From the NCBI GenBank assembly GCA_964471795.1, contig CAYYHM010000002.1:13743-77742 (forward strand): 64,000 nt of DNA, read 5' to 3'. Positions 1 through 7,787 of the stretch are shown here, one piece after another; within the stretch, counting starts at the first letter, position 1; each line of letters starts with the position of its first letter. The translations under genes and the position numbers were made by a program. This stretch comes from an uncultured Chitinophagales bacterium (lineage in GTDB: Bacteria > Bacteroidota > Bacteroidia > Chitinophagales > S012-47). The notes under the pieces are model-generated. The model had not been told where the DNA came from, made no database searches, and saw nothing but the letters and a program-made list of their open reading frames with translations.

Positions 1-1
1 C

Positions 2-115
2 GAATATGATTTTGCGCTATCTATTATAAACATAGTAATTGGCTTCTTCCTACTCACAAACTATAGACACGTAGCGCAGTGGTTAACGAGAATACACGAA
101 AAATCCAACCCCTGA
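2..115 (+). CDS. Possible 3' end of a gene entering from the left edge (37 codons, hydrophobic tail)
   Basis: Frame 2 is open from the window edge to TGA at 113-115. It translates ...EYDFALSIINIVIGFFLLTNYRHVAQWLTRIHEKSNP*, which looks like a terminal TM helix. No homology recognised. Confidence 0.25.
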   Translation, partial: EYDFALSIINIVIGFFLLTNYRHVAQWLTRIHEKSNP

Positions 116-314
116 AAGACCCTACCGAAGCATATTACATGGCGCCTACCTCAGCGGCATCCGTGAAGCAGATAAATTGTTGGCTTTGGTGTAGGATTGA
201 TCTACCCTTGGGCATTTGTCTAATGCTTATGAAACTTCTGCCTTATTTACACATTCACACCTTATACTAGGCTTTTATCCACTTACCCACTCATTCATCT
301 TACTCACCCACTCC

Positions 315-1028
315 CTACACGTCTCCTTCCAACGGCCGTATTACCAGCTCTTCCACCACGGTTTGCGGCGCCATGTGATAGGCATGCAGGATGAGTGCCG
401 CTACATCATCAGCCGGCATGAAGCGCTCTTCGGGGAGGCCTGCTCCCGCCCAACTGTCGGTATAGGTAGCCCCCGGCATGATGCTGCTGACCCGTACCTT
501 GCCCATCCACTCCCTGCGTAGGGCGCGTGAAAAGCCAAGTAATGCATGCTTGGTGATTGTGTACAGACTGGCGGGATAGGCTTGCAGACTGGCAATGGAG
601 CAGATGTTGAACACATAGCCTGTGCCGTCCTGCACCAGTACTGATTGTAGCGCTCGGGTTAGTTGGTAGGCGCTGGTAACGTTGGCAGCCATGAGGTGTT
701 CCAGCACCCCTTCCGGAGCAGTCAGAATGTTATCGGGCGTAAAACTGCCGGCATTGTTCACCAGCACATCTACCCTACCCCACTGTTGCATCACCGCCTC
801 TGCAAAGGCCTGCACCCCGGCCCCATCGGTAGCATCCACAGCCATCATGATGGGCTGTGCATCGGAGCGGATGGACAAGATCTCTGCCCGCAAGGCTTCC
901 AGCTTGTCAGCACTGCGGGAGTATACTGCCACATCGAAGCCGGCATTGGTGAATTGCAGGGCGATGGCGCGACCGATACCACGGGATCCACCGGATATCA
1001 CTGCTTTTGGTTTGACGGGGTGCTGCAT
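315..1028 (-). CDS. SDR-family short-chain dehydrogenase/reductase
   Basis: N-terminal Rossmann motif AVISGGSRGIG, NNAG, and a Y..xK-type catalytic region. The start was moved to the internal ATG (MQHPVKPKAVISGG) because SDRs have short N-termini; the track ORF runs to 1058. Confidence 0.85.
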   Translation of the reverse strand: MQHPVKPKAVISGGSRGIGRAIALQFTNAGFDVAVYSRSADKLEALRAEILSIRSDAQPIMMAVDATDGAGVQAFAEAVMQQWGRVDVLVNNAGSFTPDNILTAPEGVLEHLMAANVTSAYQLTRALQSVLVQDGTGYVFNICSIASLQAYPASLYTITKHALLGFSRALRREWMGKVRVSSIMPGATYTDSWAGAGLPEERFMPADDVAALILHAYHMAPQTVVEELVIRPLEGDV

Positions 1029-1072
1029 GACCTGTATCTTTACCGACAAAGGTCGCAAACCAGATTGGTAGG

Positions 1073-1810
1073 ATGAACATGTTTACCCACTTTGGAAGAT
1101 ACTTGTTGCTGTTGAAGCACATGTTTGCCCGTCCCGAAAGCTGGCGCATGTACTATATAGAAACTATGCGTCAGATGAACGACATCGGTGTCGGCTCGCT
1201 GGCCATCGTGGCGATGATCAGCTTCTTCATCGGTGCCGTTACGGCCGTACAGACCGCCTTTCAGCTGCTGACCAGTTTCATCCCGCAATACTATGTGGGC
1301 TACATTGTGCGCGATACGATGCTGCTGGAACTCGCCCCTACCATCACCTGTCTGGTGCTGGCCGGCAAGGTGGGCTCCAACCTGGCCTCCGAATTGGGCA
1401 CCATGCGCATCAGCGAGCAGATCGATGCCCTCGAGATCATGGGTGTCAACACATCGGGATATCTCATCGGACCGAAGATCATTGCCGCACTCATCACCAT
1501 ACCATTATTGGTCATCTTTGCCGCTGCGCTGGGCATGGTGGGCGGCTATGTAGCCGTTGCGGCAGCCCCGGAACTGGACCTGGCCGCCTATATCAAAGGC
1601 CTTAAGGTGTTCTTCGACCCGTTCTATGTTACTATTATGATGTACAAGGCGGTGGTATTCGCCTTTTTGCTTACTTCCATTAGCTGCTATATGGGCTACT
1701 TCGTAAAAGGAGGCGCCCTGGAAATCGGCAAGGCCTCTACCCGCGCCGTAGTGGCCAGCAGCGTAATGATTCTGGTAGCCGACTATGTACTGGCATTGAT
1801 ACTCACATGA
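1073..1810 (+). CDS. MlaE-family ABC transporter permease
   Basis: 245-aa multi-TM protein with an MlaE-like sequence (...ELGTMRISEQIDALEIMGVN...). Its stop overlaps the start of the following ATPase gene. Confidence 0.85.
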   Translation: MNMFTHFGRYLLLLKHMFARPESWRMYYIETMRQMNDIGVGSLAIVAMISFFIGAVTAVQTAFQLLTSFIPQYYVGYIVRDTMLLELAPTITCLVLAGKVGSNLASELGTMRISEQIDALEIMGVNTSGYLIGPKIIAALITIPLLVIFAAALGMVGGYVAVAAAPELDLAAYIKGLKVFFDPFYVTIMMYKAVVFAFLLTSISCYMGYFVKGGALEIGKASTRAVVASSVMILVADYVLALILT

Positions 1811-2568
1811 TTCAGGTGGCACATATCAACAAGTCGTTTGGCACCCAGCAGGTGTTGTATGATATCAATGCGGAGTTCCAGTCGGGCACTACCAACCTCA
1901 TCATCGGTAAATCAGGCTCCGGCAAAACCGTACTGGTAAAGTGCATGGTCGGATTATTCAAGCCAGACAGCGGCAGCATCATGTATGGCGATAAGGACCT
2001 CACCAGACTGGGTATCAAGGAGATGCGGGAAATCCGCAAGCAGATCGGCATGCTGTTTCAGGGAGGTGCCTTGTTCGATTCCAAGACGGTGGAGGAGAAC
2101 GTGTCGTTCCCGCTTGATATGTTTACCAGCCAGACACGAAAGGAAAAACTGATGCGGGTAAATGAGGTACTGGAACGGGTAAACCTGGTAGGTGCCAATA
2201 GCAAGTTCCCCTCTGAAATCTCCGGCGGTATGCAAAAGCGGGTAGGTATAGCCCGTGCCATCGTACTGAATCCCAAGTTCCTTTTCTGTGATGAGCCCAA
2301 CTCGGGCCTGGATCCCTTGACCGCCATGGTCATCGACAAGCTGATCCACGACATTACCAAAGAGTACAACATCACAACGGTGATCAACACCCACGATATG
2401 AACTCCGTGATGGAAATCGGCGAAAACATCCTGTTGATCCATGAAGGCCGAGTGCAGTGGACCGGCAGTAAGGAGCAAGTATTGCATGCCTCAGATGCAG
2501 AGCTGGAATCGTTTGTGTTCGCTTCCGACTTCCTGAAAGAGGCCAAGCAGGCCATGCTTCGGAAATAA
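1807..2568 (+). CDS. ABC transporter ATP-binding protein (MlaF-like)
   Basis: Walker A GKSGSGKT, ABC signature ISGGMQKR, Walker B FLFCDEP. Start overlaps the permease stop (ATGA). Confidence 0.9.
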   Translation: MIQVAHINKSFGTQQVLYDINAEFQSGTTNLIIGKSGSGKTVLVKCMVGLFKPDSGSIMYGDKDLTRLGIKEMREIRKQIGMLFQGGALFDSKTVEENVSFPLDMFTSQTRKEKLMRVNEVLERVNLVGANSKFPSEISGGMQKRVGIARAIVLNPKFLFCDEPNSGLDPLTAMVIDKLIHDITKEYNITTVINTHDMNSVMEIGENILLIHEGRVQWTGSKEQVLHASDAELESFVFASDFLKEAKQAMLRK

Positions 2569-2585
2569 CCAAGAAATAATTGGCT

Positions 2586-2609
2586 AACCCGCCGTGAGGG
2601 GTTATTTTT
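2586..2609 (+). terminator. Weak candidate intrinsic terminator after the ABC ATPase gene
   Basis: AACCC (2586-2590) pairs with GGGTT (2599-2603) across an 8-nt loop, followed by ATTTTTG. The stem is only 5 bp and the T-run doubles as a -7 promoter box. Confidence 0.35.
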
Positions 2610-2610
2610 G
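2603..2610 (+). promoter_or_regulatory. Candidate Bacteroidota -7 promoter box (TATTTTTG) for sucD
   Basis: Matches TAnnTTTG and ends 29 nt upstream of the sucD ATG at 2640. Confidence 0.4.
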
Positions 2611-2639
2611 CACCACATTTCACAACCAATCACACCTCC

Positions 2640-3512
2640 ATGAGCGTACTTGTAGGCAACCACACCCGACTGATTGTACAGGGATTCACCGGCAAGGAAG
2701 GATCATTCCATGCCTCTCAGATGATTGAATACGGCACCAATGTTGTAGGTGGCGTTACCCCCGGAAAGGGAGGCACTACCCACCTGGACAAGCCGGTATT
2801 CAATACGGTGCATGACGCAGTGGTTCAGGCCGGCGCCAATACATCTGTCATCTTTGTGCCACCGGCATTTGCTGCCGATGCCATCATGGAAGCCGCAGAT
2901 GCAGGCATTGAATTGGTGGTGTGCATCACGGAAGGTATTCCGGTGCAAGACATGGTGAAGGTAAAAGCCTATCTGGAAGGCAAGAACACCCGCCTGGTGG
3001 GTCCTAACTGCCCCGGTGTAATCACACCCGGTGAAGCCAAGGTGGGCATCATGCCCGGCTTCATCCACCGCAAAGGCACTATTGGCATCGTATCCAAGAG
3101 TGGTACCCTCACCTATGAAGCAGTAGACCAGGTGACCAAGGCCGGCATGGGCCAGAGCACCTGTATCGGTATCGGTGGCGATCCTATCATCGGTACTTCT
3201 ATGCTGGATGCAGTGAAACTGCTGATGGAAGATGACAACACCGAAGGCATCATCATGATTGGTGAGATTGGCGGCAACATGGAAGCACAGGCAGCAGCCT
3301 GGATCAAGGAGAACGGCACCAAGCCGGTGGTAGGCTTCATTGCCGGCCGCACAGCACCAAAAGGCCGCAGGATGGGTCATGCCGGTGCTATTGTGGGTGG
3401 CAAGGATGATACCGCTGATGCCAAGATGGCCATCCTCCGCAGTTGTGGCATCCACGTGGTAGAAACCCCGGCTGAAATCGGCAGCACTATGGTGAGTGCG
3501 TTGAAGAAGTGA
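2640..3512 (+). CDS. sucD: Succinate--CoA ligase subunit alpha
   Basis: Near-textbook SucD sequence: [20 protein letters not shown], catalytic-His region MGHAGAI. Confidence 0.95.
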   Translation: MSVLVGNHTRLIVQGFTGKEGSFHASQMIEYGTNVVGGVTPGKGGTTHLDKPVFNTVHDAVVQAGANTSVIFVPPAFAADAIMEAADAGIELVVCITEGIPVQDMVKVKAYLEGKNTRLVGPNCPGVITPGEAKVGIMPGFIHRKGTIGIVSKSGTLTYEAVDQVTKAGMGQSTCIGIGGDPIIGTSMLDAVKLLMEDDNTEGIIMIGEIGGNMEAQAAAWIKENGTKPVVGFIAGRTAPKGRRMGHAGAIVGGKDDTADAKMAILRSCGIHVVETPAEIGSTMVSALKK

Positions 3513-3536
3513 TTCAAACTCTTTTTTAGACATAGC

Positions 3537-3569
3537 AAAAGCCGATTGATGTATCAATCGGCTTTTTTA
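3537..3569 (+). terminator. Rho-independent terminator after sucD
   Basis: Perfect 9-bp stem GCCGATTGA / TCAATCGGC (3541-3549 / 3554-3562) with loop TGTA, followed by TTTTTTA. Confidence 0.8.
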
Positions 3570-3673
3570 TTGCTCAATCCTCATTGTTCTTATTTTATTA
3601 TTTTCTTACTTATCACTTGCATTTTCTCCTCCATTTCCTACTTTAGCTTGTATTACTCACTAAACACTTCATT

Positions 3674-4672
3674 ATGAAACACTTGCATTACCCCCCCCTA
3701 TTCCGTTCTTACCTGATGGCTTTGGCTGTTATTAGCTTCTTAGCTATGGCATGTAATAAAAAGCAGATAGACCCTTTGCCAACCAACCCTTCTGCTGTTG
3801 CAGGTAAAACCTTCACGTTTCAGGACACTACGTTAGATGATGCTATTCTTATGCTGGAAGAGTACGCCAATTACCAGGCAGGCAATGCTCAATTTGAGTT
3901 CCAGACTTTCGCCTTGGATACCGTTGAATTCACTTTCTCTATCACCGCTTACACACATTATGGCCAGCCCGGGATTGATGCTGACGACCAAACGGATGTA
4001 AGGGATACTGTGCAACAATGGATCAACAACTATGCCTCTCGCATTGATACTACAGCATTTCCTAACGGGCACGACATCATTTTCCTGGATGTGGTTGATT
4101 GGTCGCTTACCGGAGGAGGTACTTCCTTGCAAGTAGCACTCACCTTAGCCATAGGCGGTGCCCCTGAGCCCACCTGGCCGTACGATTGTGATGAAGCAGA
4201 CCCTTACACTGCTACCGATTATTGGGAAGCTTTTGCGGGAGGCGGATGTAGCACCAACACCGCCACCTCCTCCGATGCTATGCTTGAGATGGAAAAACGC
4301 TTGAATTACAGAGCATCCGGGAATAATTGCAGAAGCGCTTGTTCGCCTACTTCTAGTGAGTATTTCTTCAATATTGAGTTAAAAACATCCGGCCCACCAG
4401 ACTATGTAAATAAAAATGATCCAATACCTAATGATGGCTTTTACGATTACCTTTTGTATTGGAATATTGGTCGGCTAACCGAAATTGACTGTCTATCACC
4501 CAGCGAAATGGAGTTCCATACTGTTGGTGCACTTTTTATAGGTAACGACCTGAAACCAATAGCAAAAGAAATATCACTCTGCGATTTGGATGTAATTGTC
4601 ATTCCTGGTGGGTCAACAGGACTTATCGGTCATGAACTAAATCTATATTACGGACAAAGAGCCTGCAGATGA
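3674..4672 (+). CDS. Hypothetical Cys-rich lipoprotein
   Basis: Lipobox-like signal ...ISFLAMAC-NKK, seven further Cys, no family recognised. The stop overlaps the next gene's start (ATGA at 4669-4672). The 3' third is AT-rich. Confidence 0.6.
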   Translation: MKHLHYPPLFRSYLMALAVISFLAMACNKKQIDPLPTNPSAVAGKTFTFQDTTLDDAILMLEEYANYQAGNAQFEFQTFALDTVEFTFSITAYTHYGQPGIDADDQTDVRDTVQQWINNYASRIDTTAFPNGHDIIFLDVVDWSLTGGGTSLQVALTLAIGGAPEPTWPYDCDEADPYTATDYWEAFAGGGCSTNTATSSDAMLEMEKRLNYRASGNNCRSACSPTSSEYFFNIELKTSGPPDYVNKNDPIPNDGFYDYLLYWNIGRLTEIDCLSPSEMEFHTVGALFIGNDLKPIAKEISLCDLDVIVIPGGSTGLIGHELNLYYGQRACR

Positions 4673-6153
4673 TTCGGTGGTTGTTTACCTTTGTTTTGCT
4701 AGGAGCTTCAACTGTGGCAGCTCAAAATATCTGTAGAGAACAATTCTCGTTTTCTACAGATATAGTATTTTATGATGCCATTGCCATTGATAGTAGCATC
4801 TTGCTTTGTGGAAATACTTTGGTAAACGGTTCACATTCTGGTGCTATGGTAGCCGAATACCGCTGCAAATCAATAAGAACAGTTTATAAAAGTGAAATAC
4901 ACGCATCATCTTCAATTACGCCATTTTTCCAAATATCAAACACGATTTATTTTGGAGAAATTGAAGAATACGATAGCGTCTCAATTGTTAGGATTCTTCA
5001 GTGGACCGGTGATTCAATTGTCCCTATTAATGTTGACACATTGCCACTCACATCCCTTTATATCAGGGAAGCTCAAGTTAATGATAATAGAGTATTGCTT
5101 GTGGGTGAATGCATTGATCAATCTTCAAGTAATTACACAGATATTATTTTGATTGGCGTGAACTCTTCAACACTTAGGATAGAAAATTATAAAATTTACA
5201 ACCAGCAAGGGTTTCAATTTGGAACCTCAACAGCTGAAATTGGAGATTCAATAATTGCAATTGCTGGAATATTTTATAGAGATCTCACTGACACTCTGCC
5301 CTATTCAAGTTACACCAATTCATTATTGATGGTTGATACCACATTTATGCTTAAAGAAGTGTTGTATCTCCCAAATAATATTTGGAACAATACGTCATTA
5401 CTATATGCCAATCGAGAACTTTATGTTGCTGGCATGGACATAGTATTGGATACTACATCCTTACAGTCCAATGATAGAATTGTCTTAGCCAAAATAATTG
5501 CTCTGGAAGATCCTGTAATAGCCAGAAAATCATTTATTCCAACTACTTCTAACTATACCATTAGCGCCCTTCATCCGGTTGACTTTTTTGATAACAGTTT
5601 CTTACTAGGTGGTACCAGTAAATTTGATAGTTCAACTTCCAACTATGCTGTAATAACAGGATTCGGATCTATCGATAATGACTATGTGATTGCGAAATTT
5701 GACACCAATCTTACGCAACAATGGATACGGTTTTATGGTGTTCCTGATGCTTATGAGTTTCTGTGGAAGGTGCTAGCATTGGATGATGGCGGCTGCTTAC
5801 TGGTGGGTACTACCTACGATTACGTAAACGCAACGGAGCAAAAGCGAGACCTCTACATCGTGCGGCTGGACAGTAATGGCAATACTTTTAACACTGCCAT
5901 TGCGCCGGGGGTATTGCCGGATAATGCTTATCGGCTTTATCCCAATCCTGCTAACAGTCACCTTACCCTCCGCCTCCCCAATAGCGCCTATGGTCATCTC
6001 CAACTATTCAATAGAACCGGACAAATGGTATTGCACGACCGCGTGGAAGACTATCAAACCATCTCAGTTGCGCATTTGCCCCCAGGCCTATACTTGTACC
6101 AACTCACAGATGCCGAACAACGCATTGCCAGCGGTAAGGTAGTGGTGCAGTAG
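4669..6153 (+). CDS. T9SS C-terminal-sorting-domain protein with repeated beta-propeller-like blades
   Basis: Signal peptide MIRWLFTFVLLGASTVAAQ. The C-terminal ~75 aa (YRLYPNPANSHLTLRL...LPPGLYLYQLTD...GKVVVQ) fit the type-A T9SS CTD pattern. Internal motifs LLVGE / LLGGTS / CLLVGTTYD...YIVRLDSNGN recur. Confidence 0.8.
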   Translation: MIRWLFTFVLLGASTVAAQNICREQFSFSTDIVFYDAIAIDSSILLCGNTLVNGSHSGAMVAEYRCKSIRTVYKSEIHASSSITPFFQISNTIYFGEIEEYDSVSIVRILQWTGDSIVPINVDTLPLTSLYIREAQVNDNRVLLVGECIDQSSSNYTDIILIGVNSSTLRIENYKIYNQQGFQFGTSTAEIGDSIIAIAGIFYRDLTDTLPYSSYTNSLLMVDTTFMLKEVLYLPNNIWNNTSLLYANRELYVAGMDIVLDTTSLQSNDRIVLAKIIALEDPVIARKSFIPTTSNYTISALHPVDFFDNSFLLGGTSKFDSSTSNYAVITGFGSIDNDYVIAKFDTNLTQQWIRFYGVPDAYEFLWKVLALDDGGCLLVGTTYDYVNATEQKRDLYIVRLDSNGNTFNTAIAPGVLPDNAYRLYPNPANSHLTLRLPNSAYGHLQLFNRTGQMVLHDRVEDYQTISVAHLPPGLYLYQLTDAEQRIASGKVVVQ

Positions 6154-6217
6154 CGCCTACTTATCTGTAATAAACAACACACTTAGACAGTGAGGAATGG
6201 AATGATTCAATATCCAC

Positions 6218-6553
6218 TCACCCCAACCTCCATCCATTTTGCACCCGGCGGTCGGGTTGAATAAGGATTACCTCGTTCCCCTCACCATAGATACCCAACA
6301 CCAGGCACTCGCTCAGGAAAGATCCTATCTGCTTGGGCGGTAGGTTCACCACCACCATCACCTGTCTGCCAATCAGGTCAGCCGGCTGATACAATGCCGT
6401 AATCTGCGCACTGGATCGCAGCACACCTATCTCAGGCCCCACATCCAACGTCAATTTCCAGGCAGGTTTACGAGCTTCCGGAAAGTCGTGTACCTCTGTT
6501 ATCGTTGCCACCCGAATATCTAGAGAGGCAAAATGATTGAATGAAGCCGTCAT
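6218..6553 (-). CDS. tRNA-binding domain protein (CsaA/YgjH-like)
   Basis: 111 aa. LDIRVATITEV...HPEA-like...KLTLDVG...RQVMVVVNLPPKQIG is typical of the OB-fold tRNA-binding domain family. Confidence 0.8.
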   Translation of the reverse strand: MTASFNHFASLDIRVATITEVHDFPEARKPAWKLTLDVGPEIGVLRSSAQITALYQPADLIGRQVMVVVNLPPKQIGSFLSECLVLGIYGEGNEVILIQPDRRVQNGWRLG

Positions 6554-6564
6554 GATTGTACTAA

Positions 6565-6605
6565 CAAAGGATGAAAGGGTTATAGGATGAAAGGATTAAA
6601 TGGGG
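6565..6605. repeat. Left inverted-repeat arm flanking the four-helix-bundle gene (two 16-bp units wAGGATGAAAGGrTTA)
   Basis: Units at 6567-6582 and 6583-6598. The reverse complement TAACCCTTTCATCCT matches TAACCCTTTAATCCT in the right arm (7056-7070) at 14 of 15 positions. Confidence 0.55.
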
Positions 6606-6616
6606 TTCCATCGGTT

Positions 6617-7003
6617 CTATTTACGCAATCTGCTTCTGAGCGTCCGCACACTTGAACTAAAGATAGCTGTTAGCTCACCGGACTCCTTAATAAGGTGGTC
6701 AAGTGAAACCTTTGCCTTTTCTGATTCATCTAGCAGTTCTTCCAGGATTTCCAGCCAAAACTGAGACTCATCTGACTCCTCTTCCACAATTTTCATCTTG
6801 CTATACATTGCCTTCGTAGAAATGGCTCTGGATGCTGCCCGATAATTTGCTGCAACCGAGCATGAACTTCAAATCACTTGCCCCTTGATGATGCGGTACT
6901 CTGTAGTATCAGGAAGTTCCCGCGTACTCTTGATCATATCAATTGCAAATTTTTTTGTTCTCCTTTTCAGGTTGTCAATAAATTCTTCACGGGAGTTGTT
7001 CAT
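6617..7003 (-). pseudogene. Four-helix-bundle protein (23S rRNA intervening-sequence protein / Avd-like family) interrupted by an in-frame TGA
   Basis: One 129-codon frame from ATG (7003) to TAG (6617-6619): MNNSREEFIDNLKRRTKKFAIDMIKSTRELPDTTEYRIIKGQVI*SSCSVAANYRAASRAISTKAMYSKMKIVEEESDESQFWLEIL... The TGA at 6869-6871 sits where the family normally has Arg (CGA). The ORF track shows only the C-terminal 63 aa. Confidence 0.7.
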
Positions 7004-7017
7004 GGGCATTTTATTTA

Positions 7018-7025
7018 CAAATGTA
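7018..7025 (-). promoter_or_regulatory. Candidate -7 box (TACATTTG) upstream of the four-helix-bundle gene
   Basis: Minus-strand TACATTTG matches TAnnTTTG and ends 14 nt upstream of the ATG at 7003. Confidence 0.35.
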
Positions 7026-7043
7026 TAGCAGGTAACAGTTTCT

Positions 7044-7075
7044 CCCTTTCTCCGTTAACCCTTTAATCCTTCCTG
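7044..7075. repeat. Right inverted-repeat arm flanking the four-helix-bundle gene
   Basis: CCCTTTCTCCGTTAACCCTTTAATCCTTCCTG. Its reverse complement aligns with the left arm at roughly 24 of 31 positions by hand alignment. Confidence 0.5.
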
Positions 7076-7093
7076 TTTTTAACCACTTACCCA

Positions 7094-7157
7094 TTTACTC
7101 ATTTATCCATTTACTCATTTACCCAATTACTCATTTACCCAATTACTCATTTACCAT
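7094..7157. repeat. Tandem repeat, four copies of a 16-bp unit (wTTACTCATTTAyCCA)
   Basis: Copies at 7094-7109, 7110-7125, 7126-7141 and 7142-7157, read directly. A degenerate 16-bp periodicity seems to extend back to about 7039. The last copy encodes the final residues and stop of tag on the minus strand. Confidence 0.85.
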
Positions 7158-7730
7158 ATTCACTTCCCCATACCGATGGCAGTCCACCATATGGTCATTC
7201 ACCATGCCAACAGCTTGCATGAAGGCGTAGCAGATGGTGGTGCCACAAAAGGTGAAGCCGCGTTTCTTCATGTCCTTGCTCATCGCATCACTTTCGGGAG
7301 TTGATGCCGGTAGGTCTGTCATCGTGCGACGCTGATTAATGATGGTACGGCCTTCGGTGAACTGCCAGATGTAGGCATCAAAGGAGCCGAACTGCTGCTG
7401 CACTTCCAAAAATGCAGCAGCATTCTTTACCGCACCATATACCTTGAGCCGGTTGCGGATGATCCCGGTGTCCTGCAACAGCACTTGCAGCTTGGCCTCG
7501 TCATACCGTACCATCTTTTCTGCATCGAAGCCATCAAACGCCCGGCGGAAGTCTTCTCTTTTCCGCAGAATGGTCAGCCAGCTCAGGCCAGCCTGAAATC
7601 CATCGAGGATTACTGCCTCAAACAATTTTCGATCATCATGCTGCGGTACGCCCCACTCCGTATCGTGGTAATGAACATACAGCGGATCGGTGCCACACCA
7701 GCCACAACGCACTACCTTATTCGTGTCCAT
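7143..7730 (-). CDS. tag: DNA-3-methyladenine glycosylase I
   Basis: RCGWCGTDPLYVHYHDTEWGVP, FQAGLSW, IIRNRLK and the Zn-site Cys/His pattern are typical of Tag. Confidence 0.9.
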   Translation of the reverse strand: MDTNKVVRCGWCGTDPLYVHYHDTEWGVPQHDDRKLFEAVILDGFQAGLSWLTILRKREDFRRAFDGFDAEKMVRYDEAKLQVLLQDTGIIRNRLKVYGAVKNAAAFLEVQQQFGSFDAYIWQFTEGRTIINQRRTMTDLPASTPESDAMSKDMKKRGFTFCGTTICYAFMQAVGMVNDHMVDCHRYGEVNMVNE

Positions 7731-7787
7731 ATTTCAATACATTACACATTTTAAAAAATGGTAAACTTTTGCAATTTAGCGTAAAAT

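Noticed and set aside
61-115. tRNA-like string GTAGCGCAGTGGTTAACGAG, resembling a D-arm
   Set aside because: I could not find an acceptor stem, anticodon arm or T-arm (GTTCRANNC) around it. It also lies in an open reading frame running in from the window edge.
268-314. CCACTTAC(CCA) motif shared by intergenic regions at 268-314, 7083-7094 and 12836-12880, as a possible dispersed repeat family
   Set aside because: The shared exact matches are only 8-11 nt. Matches of that length between two arbitrary sites are expected by chance in 64 kb. The resemblance may simply reflect pyrimidine-rich low-complexity intergenic DNA, and a genome-wide count would be needed to test it.
1073-2568. Missing MlaD-type substrate-binding component next to the MlaE/MlaF-like genes, as a sign of a novel transporter
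   Set aside because: Two-gene MlaEF-like units with the MCE component encoded elsewhere are common. Nothing in the sequence suggests an unusual architecture.
6869-6871. In-frame TGA in the four-helix-bundle gene as programmed recoding (Sec or Trp) rather than a nonsense mutation
   Set aside because: TGA is used as an ordinary stop by neighbouring genes (for example the ORFs ending at 4672, 8522 and 9343). No SECIS-like hairpin is evident just downstream, and the family has Arg at this position (CGA to TGA in one step).
6565-7075. Avd-like protein as part of a diversity-generating retroelement
   Set aside because: There is no reverse transcriptase ORF and no template/variable repeat pair within the window on either side.
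7094-7157. Considered whether the 16-bp repeats could be a CRISPR array
   Set aside because: The copies are directly abutting with no spacers, the unit is too short, and no cas genes are present.
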